32,226 nucleotides of DNA from Phycisphaerae bacterium (GCA_049510055.1 JBEKZI010000017.1:1-32226); one strand, 5' to 3'; shown: positions 16,647-25,627, counted from the stretch's first letter. The notes: generated from the sequence alone by a model not told the origin. Translations and numbers: made by a program.

Positions 16647-17117
16647 TTATGGGGCTTGTGCAAGGTCCTCTTTGACGGAATTTTCTTGCGCCGCGGCCCC
16701 GTGGACCAGCACCACCGCCGCCGGGCCGTCCGGGGGCGACGTTAAGGCTATATCATTGAGCGTCACCCAGCCGTGGGCTTGGGTTCGCGGGGCCTCCGGG
16801 TTTTGCGGATACACGCCGATTCGCAAAACGGCCGGGTAGCCTGCCAGGCGCAGGAAGTGAAACAGGGTTAGGGACTGTCGCAGGCAGGGGCGACGGCGCA
16901 TGTTGCGAGGGTTTTTCAGACGTTGCGCTACCCGCTCCACGATATCCTGCCAGGCAATGCCCCGGTAGGGGACCACGGAAGTCGGGGGCGTCAGCACGCG
17001 TAACACTCGCTTGAGCGACAAGACCTTGTCCAGCAGGGGAATGAACGTCGCCACCAGCCAGATGTGCGCCCGTAACAACGGCAATCGCAGCGACATGGGG
17101 CCGCTAGTGTTGCTCAA
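16647..17117 (-). CDS. Lasso-B2-like leader peptidase (transglutaminase-like Cys protease, PF13471-type)
   Basis: The protein has McjB-type catalytic residues: Cys in the RRRPCLRQSLTLFHFL context and His/Asp in QAHGWVTLNDIALTSPPDG. It is ~156 aa, the size of a stand-alone B2 domain. It overlaps the B1 stop by 14 nt; an alternative start lies at 17096. Confidence 0.75.
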   Translation of the reverse strand: MSNTSGPMSLRLPLLRAHIWLVATFIPLLDKVLSLKRVLRVLTPPTSVVPYRGIAWQDIVERVAQRLKNPRNMRRRPCLRQSLTLFHFLRLAGYPAVLRIGVYPQNPEAPRTQAHGWVTLNDIALTSPPDGPAAVVLVHGAAAQENSVKEDLAQAP

Positions 17118-17397
17118 CCAGCAATTTCTCCTGAAGAAGCTTGCCCGCCAAGGCGGTCATGTCCCGGGTAAGCTCCTCTCGCGAGACTTCGTACTGTTCC
17201 CAAAGGGTTTCAATGGCCTCCCCGAGCGTCCGCCGGCCGTCCAGTGCCTGCAGGAAGGCGGCAGTGGTCTCATTGCACGTGTACAGGTACCCGGAGTTGA
17301 GCGAGAACACGACCGTGTCCGATCCGGGGCCCAACGACTGGTAGGTCACGTCGTCGGCCAGCTTCAATCGCAGGTTCAGTAGCGGTATGGCAGTCAT
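17104..17397 (-). CDS. PqqD-family RiPP recognition element (lasso B1-like)
   Basis: Residues 26-122 of the track ORF (MTAIPLLNLRLKLADDVTYQSLGPGSDTVVFSLNSGYLYTCNETTAAFLQALDGRRTLGEAIETLW...) show the PqqD fold pattern. The start at 17397 is chosen to exclude the non-conserved 25-aa extension. Confidence 0.75.
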   Translation of the reverse strand: MTAIPLLNLRLKLADDVTYQSLGPGSDTVVFSLNSGYLYTCNETTAAFLQALDGRRTLGEAIETLWEQYEVSREELTRDMTALAGKLLQEKLLVEQH

Positions 17398-17474
17398 AGA
17401 AAGCTCACCTGAAGGTTTTCGTACCGCCGAATTCGACGGCCGCATTGTATAGTCACCGCCGACTTTCCACAACC

Positions 17475-17518
17475 TGCGGCGAACCTACCCTGGCAAGCCG
17501 GAATCGCGATTTCACACC
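17475..17518 (+). promoter_or_regulatory. Conserved ~45-nt element, copy 1 (TGCGGCGAACCTACCCTGGCAAGCCGGAATCGCGATTTCACACC), containing the perfect palindrome AATCGCGATT
   Basis: It matches 25584..25627 in the same orientation with a few substitutions. The perfect palindrome AATCGCGATT is at 17502..17511. It sits in the divergent region between the B1 gene and the secreted-protein gene. Confidence 0.55.
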
Positions 17519-17678
17519 ATGCCCGCCGATTCTGCGTGTCGCAGAAATGCGAAAAATATAGAGGGTCGGTAACACGTTGGTGACAATTGCCCTCTATCAT
17601 GCCGAGAGTAAATGAGCCGAATTGAGATCTTCGGCACGGGCCTAAACCAATGACTTCGGCAAGATAAAGGGACCAATC

Positions 17679-20165
17679 ATGAGACCACGGTTGATAGTGA
17701 TGGCAGTGGCCGCGACCTTGGCTGCAGTGGCATGCCTGGCGCAGGCCGAAAAAGCCTCCGTCCTTCTGGACAAGGGCATCTACACCGAAGAAACGCTTGG
17801 GAACCCCTCCGCGGCCATCGGCATCTACAGCCAGGTGGTCGCCAGCGGCGAGGCCGACCGCCAGTATGCCGCCCAGGCCCAGTATCGCATCGCGATGTGC
17901 CACCTGAAGCTCAAGCACGACAACGAGGCCCGCGAGGCGCTGAAGACATTCCTGAGCAAGTACAGCGATCAGGAAGAGCTGGCGTCCAAGGCCCGGACCG
18001 CGCTGGAGGACCTGCTGGAGTTCGACCCGGCGGCGCTCATGCCTCCCACCATCGTGGCCTACGTCGAGGTGGGCAGCCCCGGCAAACAGCTCGAGACGGT
18101 CCTGAAGATGCTGAAGGGCACGCCTTTGGCCAATCCGCTGGAGATGATGAATCCAACATCCGCGCCGTCGGATGCCTCCGCGCCGTCGGCGACCTCCGCG
18201 CCGGCGACTTCCTACGGCCGCCCCGCCAGTCCCGCCCAGGTCTTCTCGGCGTTGCTGAATCCCAGCATGCTGAAAGAGTTCAAGAAGCTTCGCAGCATGG
18301 CCGTGGGCGTCTCCGAGATCAAAGGCCGCGGCCAGAGCCCCTTCGTGGCCGTCTTGAGGCCCGGCGACAGCGACGCGCTCCGCGGGATCCTCACGGCCGG
18401 CGTGCTTGCCTCCGGCCAGCCCACCGCCCCGATCGAAGGCATGCAGACGGTGCAACTCAGCCCGGAGATGGCCTGCGCGTTCGACGACAGCGTGTTCCTC
18501 TTTGCCTCCCCGGTGTCTCAACTTGCCTGGAGCGTCCATCAGTATAAGTCCGGCGCGCCCGAACCCAGCCTGCTGACCGCCAACGAGTCGTTTTCGCGGC
18601 TGGCCCCTGCCGCCGATCGCAAAAATGACGCGCTGACGGTCTGGGCGAACCCTTCTCGGCTGCTCCAAAACAAAGCGTACATCCCGCCGGAAGCCCTGGA
18701 GAAAATGATGATCGCAAACGCCTTCGCCGACTTCGAAAACATGGAGGGCGCCGTCGTCCGGTTGCGCCTCAAGGAGACCAGCCTCAGCCTGGAGGCCACC
18801 GTCGCCTACCGCGAGGGGCGCAAAGCGTTTGGGTATGACCTGATCCGCACGTGTCCACTGGACCAGGCCGGTTTTGCCGCCGTTCCTCCGCAGGCGGTGG
18901 GCATCGTGGCCCTGGCCCTGTTGGAGCACACCGCCTCAACAGAACCTCCCGTCGCCGACGTTCGGCAGGAGACCGTCCGCCGTATCACCGGGCTGGACCT
19001 GGGGAGAGAGCTGTTCAGTAATATCGAGCAACTCTCGCTGTTCTTGATGCCGTCCAGCGAGGCGGCGACGGCCCATCCGTTGAGCCGTCTGTCTGTGGTG
19101 GCCCCGTCGCTGGGCCTGGCCATTACGTCGCGCAACCCCGCGCAGACCCTGGCCGTGCTGGACAGGATGTTGACGGTCCAAGGCCTGATGTCGGCAGGTT
19201 CCACCAGCGCCCCGGCGGCGGACGAGCAAGGCATGCGGACGTACGTAATCGGCGCCAGCAACCAGAAGCCGATATCCCTGTGCGTGGCGCAGAAAGGCAA
19301 GACCACGGTGCTGGCGTTCCTTCCGGAAGTGGTCCAGACGTCTCTGACGGCCCTGGGCACGGGCAAGAACGTCACGACCGACGGGCCGATGGCACAGGCC
19401 CTCGGCCAGGTCAGCGACAAGAACAAGGTGGTGCTGGTCAACGCCGGCGGACTGTTCCGCTTGTATGACGCCAGCGTCGCGCCGCCCGCGGCAAAACGCG
19501 ACGCGGCGTCGCAGCCGGCGACGGACAGCCAGGCCGTGGCCGATCAGATCGCCTCGGCCCTGGACGACACGGTAATCCGGCTGGAGACCTCCGAACTGCC
19601 GAACACCATGACGGTCCGCGCCGAGCTATTGGGCATTCCGCCGCTGGCGAAGCTGTTTCCTCTGGTCATGCAGTATCAGCAGCAGCGCATGGCCTTCCAG
19701 AAGGCCAGGAAATCGCAAGCACAACCTTCCCAAGAGCGCAACAAGCTCATGAAGCAGGTCGGAACAGATTTCCTCAAGGCCCTCCAGGCAAATGACGAGG
19801 CGGCGATTGGGAAATTGATCGTCCCGCACTCCTCCGTGGAGGCCAAGATCAAGGACCTACTTGCAGTCCCGGGTCTGGCGGCGTTTCGGTTCCAGGATAG
19901 CGGCAGGGCGCTAAATCTCGGTTGGGTCCTGGTGTACGGGCCCGACAAGACGGATTCCTCGGCGCCCGCGATACTGATCCATCTGCTCAAGCAGGCCAAG
20001 TCCCCGCCGCCGTGGCTCGTCTCGGACGTGGAAATCCTTCCGATCCCGGATGCCATACACCAATTGAAGCAGTACGATTCCAGGGCCACCGGCGGCCCGA
20101 TGCCGGCGCCTGCGCCGGCGCCCGCGCCTGCGGGTGATGATGCGGCGCCCGCCGAGAACAACTGA
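17679..20165 (+). CDS. Secreted 828-aa hypothetical protein (Sec signal peptide, TPR-like N-terminal region, Ala/Pro/Ser-rich linker, C-terminal PAPAPAPA)
   Basis: Signal peptide MRPRLIVMAVAATLAAVACLAQA. The amino-acid composition is coherent. AAAGGGA Shine-Dalgarno. The overlapping 511-aa minus-strand ORF is an artefact. Confidence 0.7.
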   Translation: MRPRLIVMAVAATLAAVACLAQAEKASVLLDKGIYTEETLGNPSAAIGIYSQVVASGEADRQYAAQAQYRIAMCHLKLKHDNEAREALKTFLSKYSDQEELASKARTALEDLLEFDPAALMPPTIVAYVEVGSPGKQLETVLKMLKGTPLANPLEMMNPTSAPSDASAPSATSAPATSYGRPASPAQVFSALLNPSMLKEFKKLRSMAVGVSEIKGRGQSPFVAVLRPGDSDALRGILTAGVLASGQPTAPIEGMQTVQLSPEMACAFDDSVFLFASPVSQLAWSVHQYKSGAPEPSLLTANESFSRLAPAADRKNDALTVWANPSRLLQNKAYIPPEALEKMMIANAFADFENMEGAVVRLRLKETSLSLEATVAYREGRKAFGYDLIRTCPLDQAGFAAVPPQAVGIVALALLEHTASTEPPVADVRQETVRRITGLDLGRELFSNIEQLSLFLMPSSEAATAHPLSRLSVVAPSLGLAITSRNPAQTLAVLDRMLTVQGLMSAGSTSAPAADEQGMRTYVIGASNQKPISLCVAQKGKTTVLAFLPEVVQTSLTALGTGKNVTTDGPMAQALGQVSDKNKVVLVNAGGLFRLYDASVAPPAAKRDAASQPATDSQAVADQIASALDDTVIRLETSELPNTMTVRAELLGIPPLAKLFPLVMQYQQQRMAFQKARKSQAQPSQERNKLMKQVGTDFLKALQANDEAAIGKLIVPHSSVEAKIKDLLAVPGLAAFRFQDSGRALNLGWVLVYGPDKTDSSAPAILIHLLKQAKSPPPWLVSDVEILPIPDAIHQLKQYDSRATGGPMPAPAPAPAPAGDDAAPAENN

Positions 20166-20175
20166 TGATGAACCG

Positions 20176-22155
20176 ATGAACGCGGTTTCCATTGGCAGGG
20201 GTGAAGGCACAGGCCGCAGCCACGTGTTGCGGCCTGTGCTGGTCGTTTTGCTGGCGACGGTCCTGGTGCCGTCGGCCTGCACGTTGTGGTTCATGTATGC
20301 CGCCGTGCAGGAAGTGTCGCTGGCTTCCCGCCAGCGCCTGGCGGATGCCTACGACGGCGCGGTCCGAGGGGCCGCGGCCAGGCTTCAGGACTATTGCTCA
20401 GCCCGGATCGCCTCGCTGTCGGCCGGCGGCGATCCGTCGCCGACGAAGGCCTTCGACCGGCTGGTCTTGGCCCGCGCCGCCGATGCCGTGATCGTCCGCG
20501 ACGGCGCCGGCCGTCTGCTCTACCCCTCCCCCCAGGTTCCCTCCGGGCAGGCCAGAGCGATGTCGCAAGCGTGGCAGTCGGCGGAAGACTTGGAGCACGC
20601 GCAGGCGGACGGCCTGGCTGCCGCAGCCGCCTATGCCCGGATCGCCGACACCGCCCCCAATGCCGACCTGCGGGCTCAGGCGATGCTGGCCCAGGCGCGA
20701 TGCCTGGCCAAGGCGGGGCAGAAGGATCAGGCTGTCGCCATCCTGCGGGCCCTGGCCGAGAATCCCGACTTGCAAGCCGCCAGGGGCGCCCAAGGGCGGC
20801 TGGTGACGCCCAATGCCGTCCTGTTCGCCCTGCAACTGATCAACCGGCCGGAGGATGAGCAGTTCCGCAAGCTGGCGGCGGGCCTGGTGAAACGGCTCAA
20901 CGATTACGAGGAACCGGCGATGCCGCCCAGCCAGCGGCGGTTCCTCATGGCCGCGCTGTGGGAGATGGACAACTCCCTTCCGCCTTTCGCAACGCTTGCG
21001 GCCGAGAACCTGGCGGCTGAGTATCTCAGTCGCCCGCAGCCGGCGCCACAGCCGTCGCAACTAACGCCGACGTCCCTGCCCGGCGTTTGGCAGGCGGCCG
21101 GGCCCGGCGGCACCGTGACGGGTCTGTTCCGGCAGGACCTTCTGCTGGCGAACATGCACTTGGCCATCCAGGCGGACGCCCCCCGGGGAGTGAGCCTGTT
21201 CATAAGGCCGCCGACCGGCGAACCGACGACGCGGCAGCGGGCCTTCGTGACTTTGCCGGCCGGGGCCGCCTTGCCCGGCTGGACGGTGGAGGTCCTGCTG
21301 ACCGGCGACGATCCCTTCGCCGTGGCGGCCCGGCAGCGCAAGGCCGCCATTCTGTGGACGGCCGCCGTCGGCATCATGATGATCCTGGCGCTGGCGGCGG
21401 TGTTGAGCTACTACCTCAGCCGCCAGGTGCGGCTGACGCGGCTGAAAAACGATCTGATCGCCACCGTGTCGCACGAGCTGAAGACCCCCCTGGCCTCCAT
21501 GCGCCTGCTGATCGACACGCTTCTGGAACGGCGCTATGGCGCCCAGGAGCAGGCCGAGGAATATTTAGCGATGATCGCCAAGGAAAATGAGCGCCTCAGC
21601 CGGCTCATCGATAACTTTTTGAATTTCTCGCGGATGGAGCGCCGCAAGACGGCGTTCGTGTTCGCGGCGCTGCCGGCCGATGAGCTGGTCGCCGCGGTCA
21701 TGCGGGCGGCGCCGGATCGGGTGACCCAGCCGCCGTGCCGTTTTGAATTGGACGTGGCGAAAGACTGCCCCGCCGTCCGCGGCGACCGCGACGCGCTGGT
21801 GACCGTCGTGCTGAACCTGCTGGACAATGCCTACAAATACTCCCACGACCCCCGGCGCATTGCGCTTCGCGTCTTCGGACAGGAAGGCCGCCTGCACCTG
21901 GAGGTCCGCGACAATGGCATCGGCCTGTCGCGCCGTTCAGTCCGTCGGGTGTTCCGACGCTTCTACCAGGTGGACCGCAGCCTTTCGCGCTCGGTGGGTG
22001 GTTGCGGTCTGGGGCTGAGCATTGTTAAATTTATCGTCGATGCCCACGGCGGCACCGTGGACGTCTCCAGCCGGCTCGGCCAAGGGAGCACGTTCACCGT
22101 CACGCTGCCGGGCCTGGAAGACGGCGCGGGACACGCAGGCCATGATGAAAGCTGA
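20176..22155 (+). CDS. Sensor histidine kinase (TM helix, large periplasmic domain, second TM helix, HisKA, HATPase)
   Basis: H-box SHELKTPLASMRLLIDTLLE. N box LLDNAYKYS. G boxes DNGIGL and GLGLSIVKFIVDAHGG. The start is taken at ATG 20176; the track ORF begins at GTG 20134. Confidence 0.85.
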   Translation: MNAVSIGRGEGTGRSHVLRPVLVVLLATVLVPSACTLWFMYAAVQEVSLASRQRLADAYDGAVRGAAARLQDYCSARIASLSAGGDPSPTKAFDRLVLARAADAVIVRDGAGRLLYPSPQVPSGQARAMSQAWQSAEDLEHAQADGLAAAAAYARIADTAPNADLRAQAMLAQARCLAKAGQKDQAVAILRALAENPDLQAARGAQGRLVTPNAVLFALQLINRPEDEQFRKLAAGLVKRLNDYEEPAMPPSQRRFLMAALWEMDNSLPPFATLAAENLAAEYLSRPQPAPQPSQLTPTSLPGVWQAAGPGGTVTGLFRQDLLLANMHLAIQADAPRGVSLFIRPPTGEPTTRQRAFVTLPAGAALPGWTVEVLLTGDDPFAVAARQRKAAILWTAAVGIMMILALAAVLSYYLSRQVRLTRLKNDLIATVSHELKTPLASMRLLIDTLLERRYGAQEQAEEYLAMIAKENERLSRLIDNFLNFSRMERRKTAFVFAALPADELVAAVMRAAPDRVTQPPCRFELDVAKDCPAVRGDRDALVTVVLNLLDNAYKYSHDPRRIALRVFGQEGRLHLEVRDNGIGLSRRSVRRVFRRFYQVDRSLSRSVGGCGLGLSIVKFIVDAHGGTVDVSSRLGQGSTFTVTLPGLEDGAGHAGHDES

Positions 22156-22843
22156 TCCGACTACCGACGAAACAATCCTCATCGTCGAGGACGAGCCCGC
22201 CATGCTGCGGGGCCTGAAGGACAATTTTCAGTTCGAGGGCTACCGCGTCCTGACGGCCGCCGACGGCGAGAAAGGGCTGGAGCTCGCCTGCGACGCCAAA
22301 CCGGACCTGATCCTCCTGGACATCATGCTGCCCAAGGTGAACGGCTATGAGATATGCCGGCTCCTGCGAAGCGAGGGGCTGGACATGCCGATCATCATGC
22401 TGACGGCCAAGGGGCAGGAGAGCGACATCATCCTGGGGCTGAACCTCGGCGCCGACGATTACGTCACCAAGCCTTTCAGCATCAAGGAGCTGCTGGCCCG
22501 CGTGCGGACGATGCTCCGTCGCCGCCGCCAGAAACAGCAACCGGTGATGCGAGCCGGCGACCTGGAACTGGACCTCGCCAGCCACCGGTTGCGGCGGGGG
22601 GGCAAGGAAGTGCCGCTCACGGCCAAGGAATTCGCCTTGCTTGAGCTGTTCTTCCGCCGGGCGGGCAAGGCCCTGACGCGGGATGAGATCCTGCGGACGG
22701 TGTGGGGCTACAACGTGTTCGTCACCTCCCGCAGCGTGGACCGATTCATCAACACGTTGCGGGCCAAGATCGAGGACGACCCCGCCAAACCCATCTGGAT
22801 CAAGACCGTCCGCCAGATAGGCTATCGCTTCGAACTTCCGTGA
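22142..22843 (+). CDS. OmpR-family response regulator (receiver plus winged-helix domain)
   Basis: Receiver domain ILIVEDEP ... LILLDIMLP ... MLTAKG. The C-terminal end IGYRFELP is typical of OmpR/PhoB. The start overlaps the kinase stop by 14 nt. Confidence 0.9.
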   Translation: MMKADPTTDETILIVEDEPAMLRGLKDNFQFEGYRVLTAADGEKGLELACDAKPDLILLDIMLPKVNGYEICRLLRSEGLDMPIIMLTAKGQESDIILGLNLGADDYVTKPFSIKELLARVRTMLRRRRQKQQPVMRAGDLELDLASHRLRRGGKEVPLTAKEFALLELFFRRAGKALTRDEILRTVWGYNVFVTSRSVDRFINTLRAKIEDDPAKPIWIKTVRQIGYRFELP

Positions 22844-23134
22844 CGCCGCCCGTCCGGGGACGACGAGCTTGGCCCGTGGGCCGCTTCGTTATCGCTTGCG
22901 TCAGCCCCGGACGACCTGATATACTCTCGGGTTCCTCATGCGACGACTTTGCACCATCGGCTTAGCCCTGTTCGCCCGGCTCTTTGCGAGCCGGCTTCGA
23001 ACGCTGCGCGCCGTGAACTGGCCTTGGCCGACGGCGTAGTCGCCTGCCGTCACGTTCCTGTCCTGCCGGCCGCGGCTTCAATCGCCTCCCTCCTTGAGAA
23101 AAATCGTCCTCCGCCGAGACGCCCGGAGTATCCA

Positions 23135-24982
23135 GTGCACCGAAAAGACATTCGCAACGTAGCCATCATCGCCCACGTGGACCACGGAAAGACCACGCTG
23201 GTAGACCAGTTGCTTCGCCAGAGCGGCCAGTTCGGCCACGGCGAGCTGACCGGCGAGTGCATCCTCGACTCCAATCCGCTGGAGCGGGAACGCGGAATCA
23301 CCATCCTGTCGAAGAACTGCGCGATCGATTACACCGACCGCCGCGGCCGGCGCTACCACATCAACATCGTCGACACGCCCGGGCACGCGGACTTCTCCGG
23401 CGAGGTCGAGCGGGTGCTGAAGATGGCCGACGGCGTCCTGCTGCTGGTCGACGCCTTCGAAGGCGTCATGCCCCAGACCCGCTACGTCCTGTCCAAGGCC
23501 CTGGCGGCCGGGCTGGCGCCGCTGGTGGTCATCAACAAGATGGACCGTCCCGGCGCGCGCCCCCACGAAGTGCACGAGGAGGTCTTCAGCCTGCTCATCG
23601 ATTTGGGCGCGGAAGACTGCGCCATGGACTTCCCGGTCCTGTACGCCTCGGGCAAGGAAGGCTGGGCCACCGCCGACCTGCACGCGGCCGAGGCCCGCTC
23701 GGTCGGCGACATCCACGAGCTGTTCGACGCGATCATCACCCACGTGCCCGTCCCGGATCTGGACGGCGGGGCGCCGCTCCAGGCGCTGATCACGACCTTC
23801 GACTACAACGATTACGTCGGGCGGATCGGGATCGGACGCGTGTTCGCCGGAACGTTGGAGGCGGGCAAGAACGTGGCCGTCATCGACCGGCGGGGCGGCC
23901 AGACCATCCAGCGGCTCGGCCAACTGTTCCGCTTCCAGGGGCTGGGGCGCGTCGAGGTGGACCGGGTGGACGTGGGCGATCTCTTCGCGGCCGTCGGGCT
24001 GGAGAAGGTCGACATCGGCGACACGCTGGCCGACCCCGACCACCCTGTGGCCCTGCCGACGGTCGCCATCGACGAGCCGACCCTTCGCCTCACGCTCCAC
24101 ATCAACGACTCGCCCTTCGCGGGGCGGGAGGGCAAGTACGTCACGAGCCGCCAACTCCGCGAGCGGCTCCACAAAGAGCTTCAAACCAACGTCGCCCTGA
24201 GCGTCGAGGAACATCGAGACGAGTTCATCGTCTCCGGACGCGGTCTGCTGCACTTGGGCATCCTGCTGGAGAACATGCGCCGCGAAGGGTATGAGCTGGC
24301 CGTCGGCAAGCCGGAGGTGGTCTATCGCACCGACGAGCAGGGCCGGCGGCTCGAACCGATCGAGCGCCTCGTGATCGACGTGCCCACCGACGTCGTCGGG
24401 TCCGTCATGCAGCTCGTCGGCGACCGCCGGGCGGAGATGGTCCACATGCACAGGGCCGCCGTCCGAACCCAACTGGAATTCACCATTCCCGCGCGCGGGC
24501 TGATCGGCTTGCACAGCCGCGTGCTGACCGCGACGGCGGGCGAGGTGGTCATGAATCACCGCTTTGCGTCGTACGAGCCTTATCGCGGCCCGATCGGCGG
24601 CCGCGCCAACGGCGTGATGATCGCCACGGAGTCCGGCGAGGTCACCGCCTACGCGCTGGACCAGCTGGCGGACCGCGGCGTCATGTTCGTCGAGCCCGGC
24701 GAAAAGGTCTACGAAGGGCAGATCATCGGCGAACACGGCAAGGAAAACGACATTCCCGTGAACGTCGTGCGGCGGAAGAACCTCACGAACGTCCGCTCCT
24801 CGACGAAGGACACCACCGTGGTCCTGAAGGCCTCCCGGCAAATCACGCTGGAGGGTGCACTGGAGTACATCGAGCCCGACGAGCGGGTCGAGGTGACCCC
24901 CGAACACGTCCGCCTGCGGAAGGTGCATCTGAAGGAAAACGACCGCCGGCGCGCCGCCCGTCGCACCGTGAAGCAGACGTGA
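23135..24982 (+). CDS. typA: Translational GTPase TypA/BipA
   Basis: [19 protein letters not shown] (G1), [12 protein letters not shown]. Length ~615 aa. A GTG start is taken with GGAG 7 nt upstream. The in-frame upstream 62 codons of the track ORF have an atypical composition. Confidence 0.88.
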   Translation: MHRKDIRNVAIIAHVDHGKTTLVDQLLRQSGQFGHGELTGECILDSNPLERERGITILSKNCAIDYTDRRGRRYHINIVDTPGHADFSGEVERVLKMADGVLLLVDAFEGVMPQTRYVLSKALAAGLAPLVVINKMDRPGARPHEVHEEVFSLLIDLGAEDCAMDFPVLYASGKEGWATADLHAAEARSVGDIHELFDAIITHVPVPDLDGGAPLQALITTFDYNDYVGRIGIGRVFAGTLEAGKNVAVIDRRGGQTIQRLGQLFRFQGLGRVEVDRVDVGDLFAAVGLEKVDIGDTLADPDHPVALPTVAIDEPTLRLTLHINDSPFAGREGKYVTSRQLRERLHKELQTNVALSVEEHRDEFIVSGRGLLHLGILLENMRREGYELAVGKPEVVYRTDEQGRRLEPIERLVIDVPTDVVGSVMQLVGDRRAEMVHMHRAAVRTQLEFTIPARGLIGLHSRVLTATAGEVVMNHRFASYEPYRGPIGGRANGVMIATESGEVTAYALDQLADRGVMFVEPGEKVYEGQIIGEHGKENDIPVNVVRRKNLTNVRSSTKDTTVVLKASRQITLEGALEYIEPDERVEVTPEHVRLRKVHLKENDRRRAARRTVKQT

Positions 24983-25330
24983 TCGCCGGCGGCCCCGCGC
25001 CTCGCTGCGGTCCGGCGGACAGGATATCATACAGTGCCGGGAGTAGAATGCATTGTGCGGTGCGAAGCCATAAGGACGGAGAATGAGATGAAGAAGAAAA
25101 AAGGCAAGACACGTGGGAATCAGCGTGGGGGGCTTTCCAGGCAGCAAGCCGATACCACGCATTCCCGCAAGAGAGGGACATCAGCCTTTTCGGAGATGTC
25201 GCGGTGGCAAAAGATTCGAGGCCGGCATGGGCGTAATCGTTAGTCGCAGATCGGTGACGCCGAAGCCCGAAGGATTGACGCCGGCCGTACGCCGTTTTGT
25301 GCAGCGATGCTCGAATGAACGGAGAACACC

Positions 25331-25537
25331 ATGAGATCGCCCAGCGTCGGCAGGATCGTGATCGACAGGGTGCCGCACTTCCACAAGGGACGGGTCAAGT
25401 TCCTCGGCAGAATCGTGGACCAGGACGGCCACGAGCTGTTCCACGGGAGAACGTACGACTCCCGACTGGAGGCCCGCAAGTACTGCGAGAACGCTGCCCA
25501 GGCCCAGGGCATTCGCCTTTCACGCGAGAAGAGATGA
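25331..25537 (+). CDS. Small hypothetical protein (68 aa) in the leader region of the flotillin gene
   Basis: GGAGAAcaccATG Shine-Dalgarno. Third-position GC is very high, like real genes in this window. No family recognised. Confidence 0.4.
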   Translation: MRSPSVGRIVIDRVPHFHKGRVKFLGRIVDQDGHELFHGRTYDSRLEARKYCENAAQAQGIRLSREKR

Positions 25538-25583
25538 CGGCTGCATGCCTCTAAGAGTGCCCGCGAAGACGGGCTTCTTGTCC

Positions 25584-25627
25584 CTCTACCCATCGCGGCG
25601 AGCCTCCCTTGGCAAGTCGGAATCGCG
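25584..25627 (+). promoter_or_regulatory. Conserved ~45-nt element, copy 2 (TCGCGGCGAGCCTCCCTTGGCAAGTCGGAATCGCGATTTCACACC)
   Basis: Same orientation as copy 1 at 17475..17518. Palindrome AATCGCGATT at 25611..25620. It lies ~210 nt upstream of the flotillin ATG. Confidence 0.55.

Noticed and set aside
17394-18929. 511-aa minus-strand ORF, considered as a possible missing lasso cyclase (C protein)
   Set aside because: It has no asparagine-synthetase-like motifs (SGGxDS PP-loop) and an extreme Arg/Gly/His composition. It is antisense to a well-formed secreted-protein gene with a signal peptide.
23078-25162. 694-aa minus-strand ORF, plus a 345-aa plus-strand off-frame ORF
   Set aside because: Antisense or off-frame relative to typA, which has canonical GTPase motifs.
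25088-25243. 51-codon Lys/Arg-rich ORF (MKKKKGKTRGNQRGG...) with a GGAG upstream
   Set aside because: Third-codon positions are only about half G/C, unlike the high GC3 of real genes in this window. It is probably non-coding leader.
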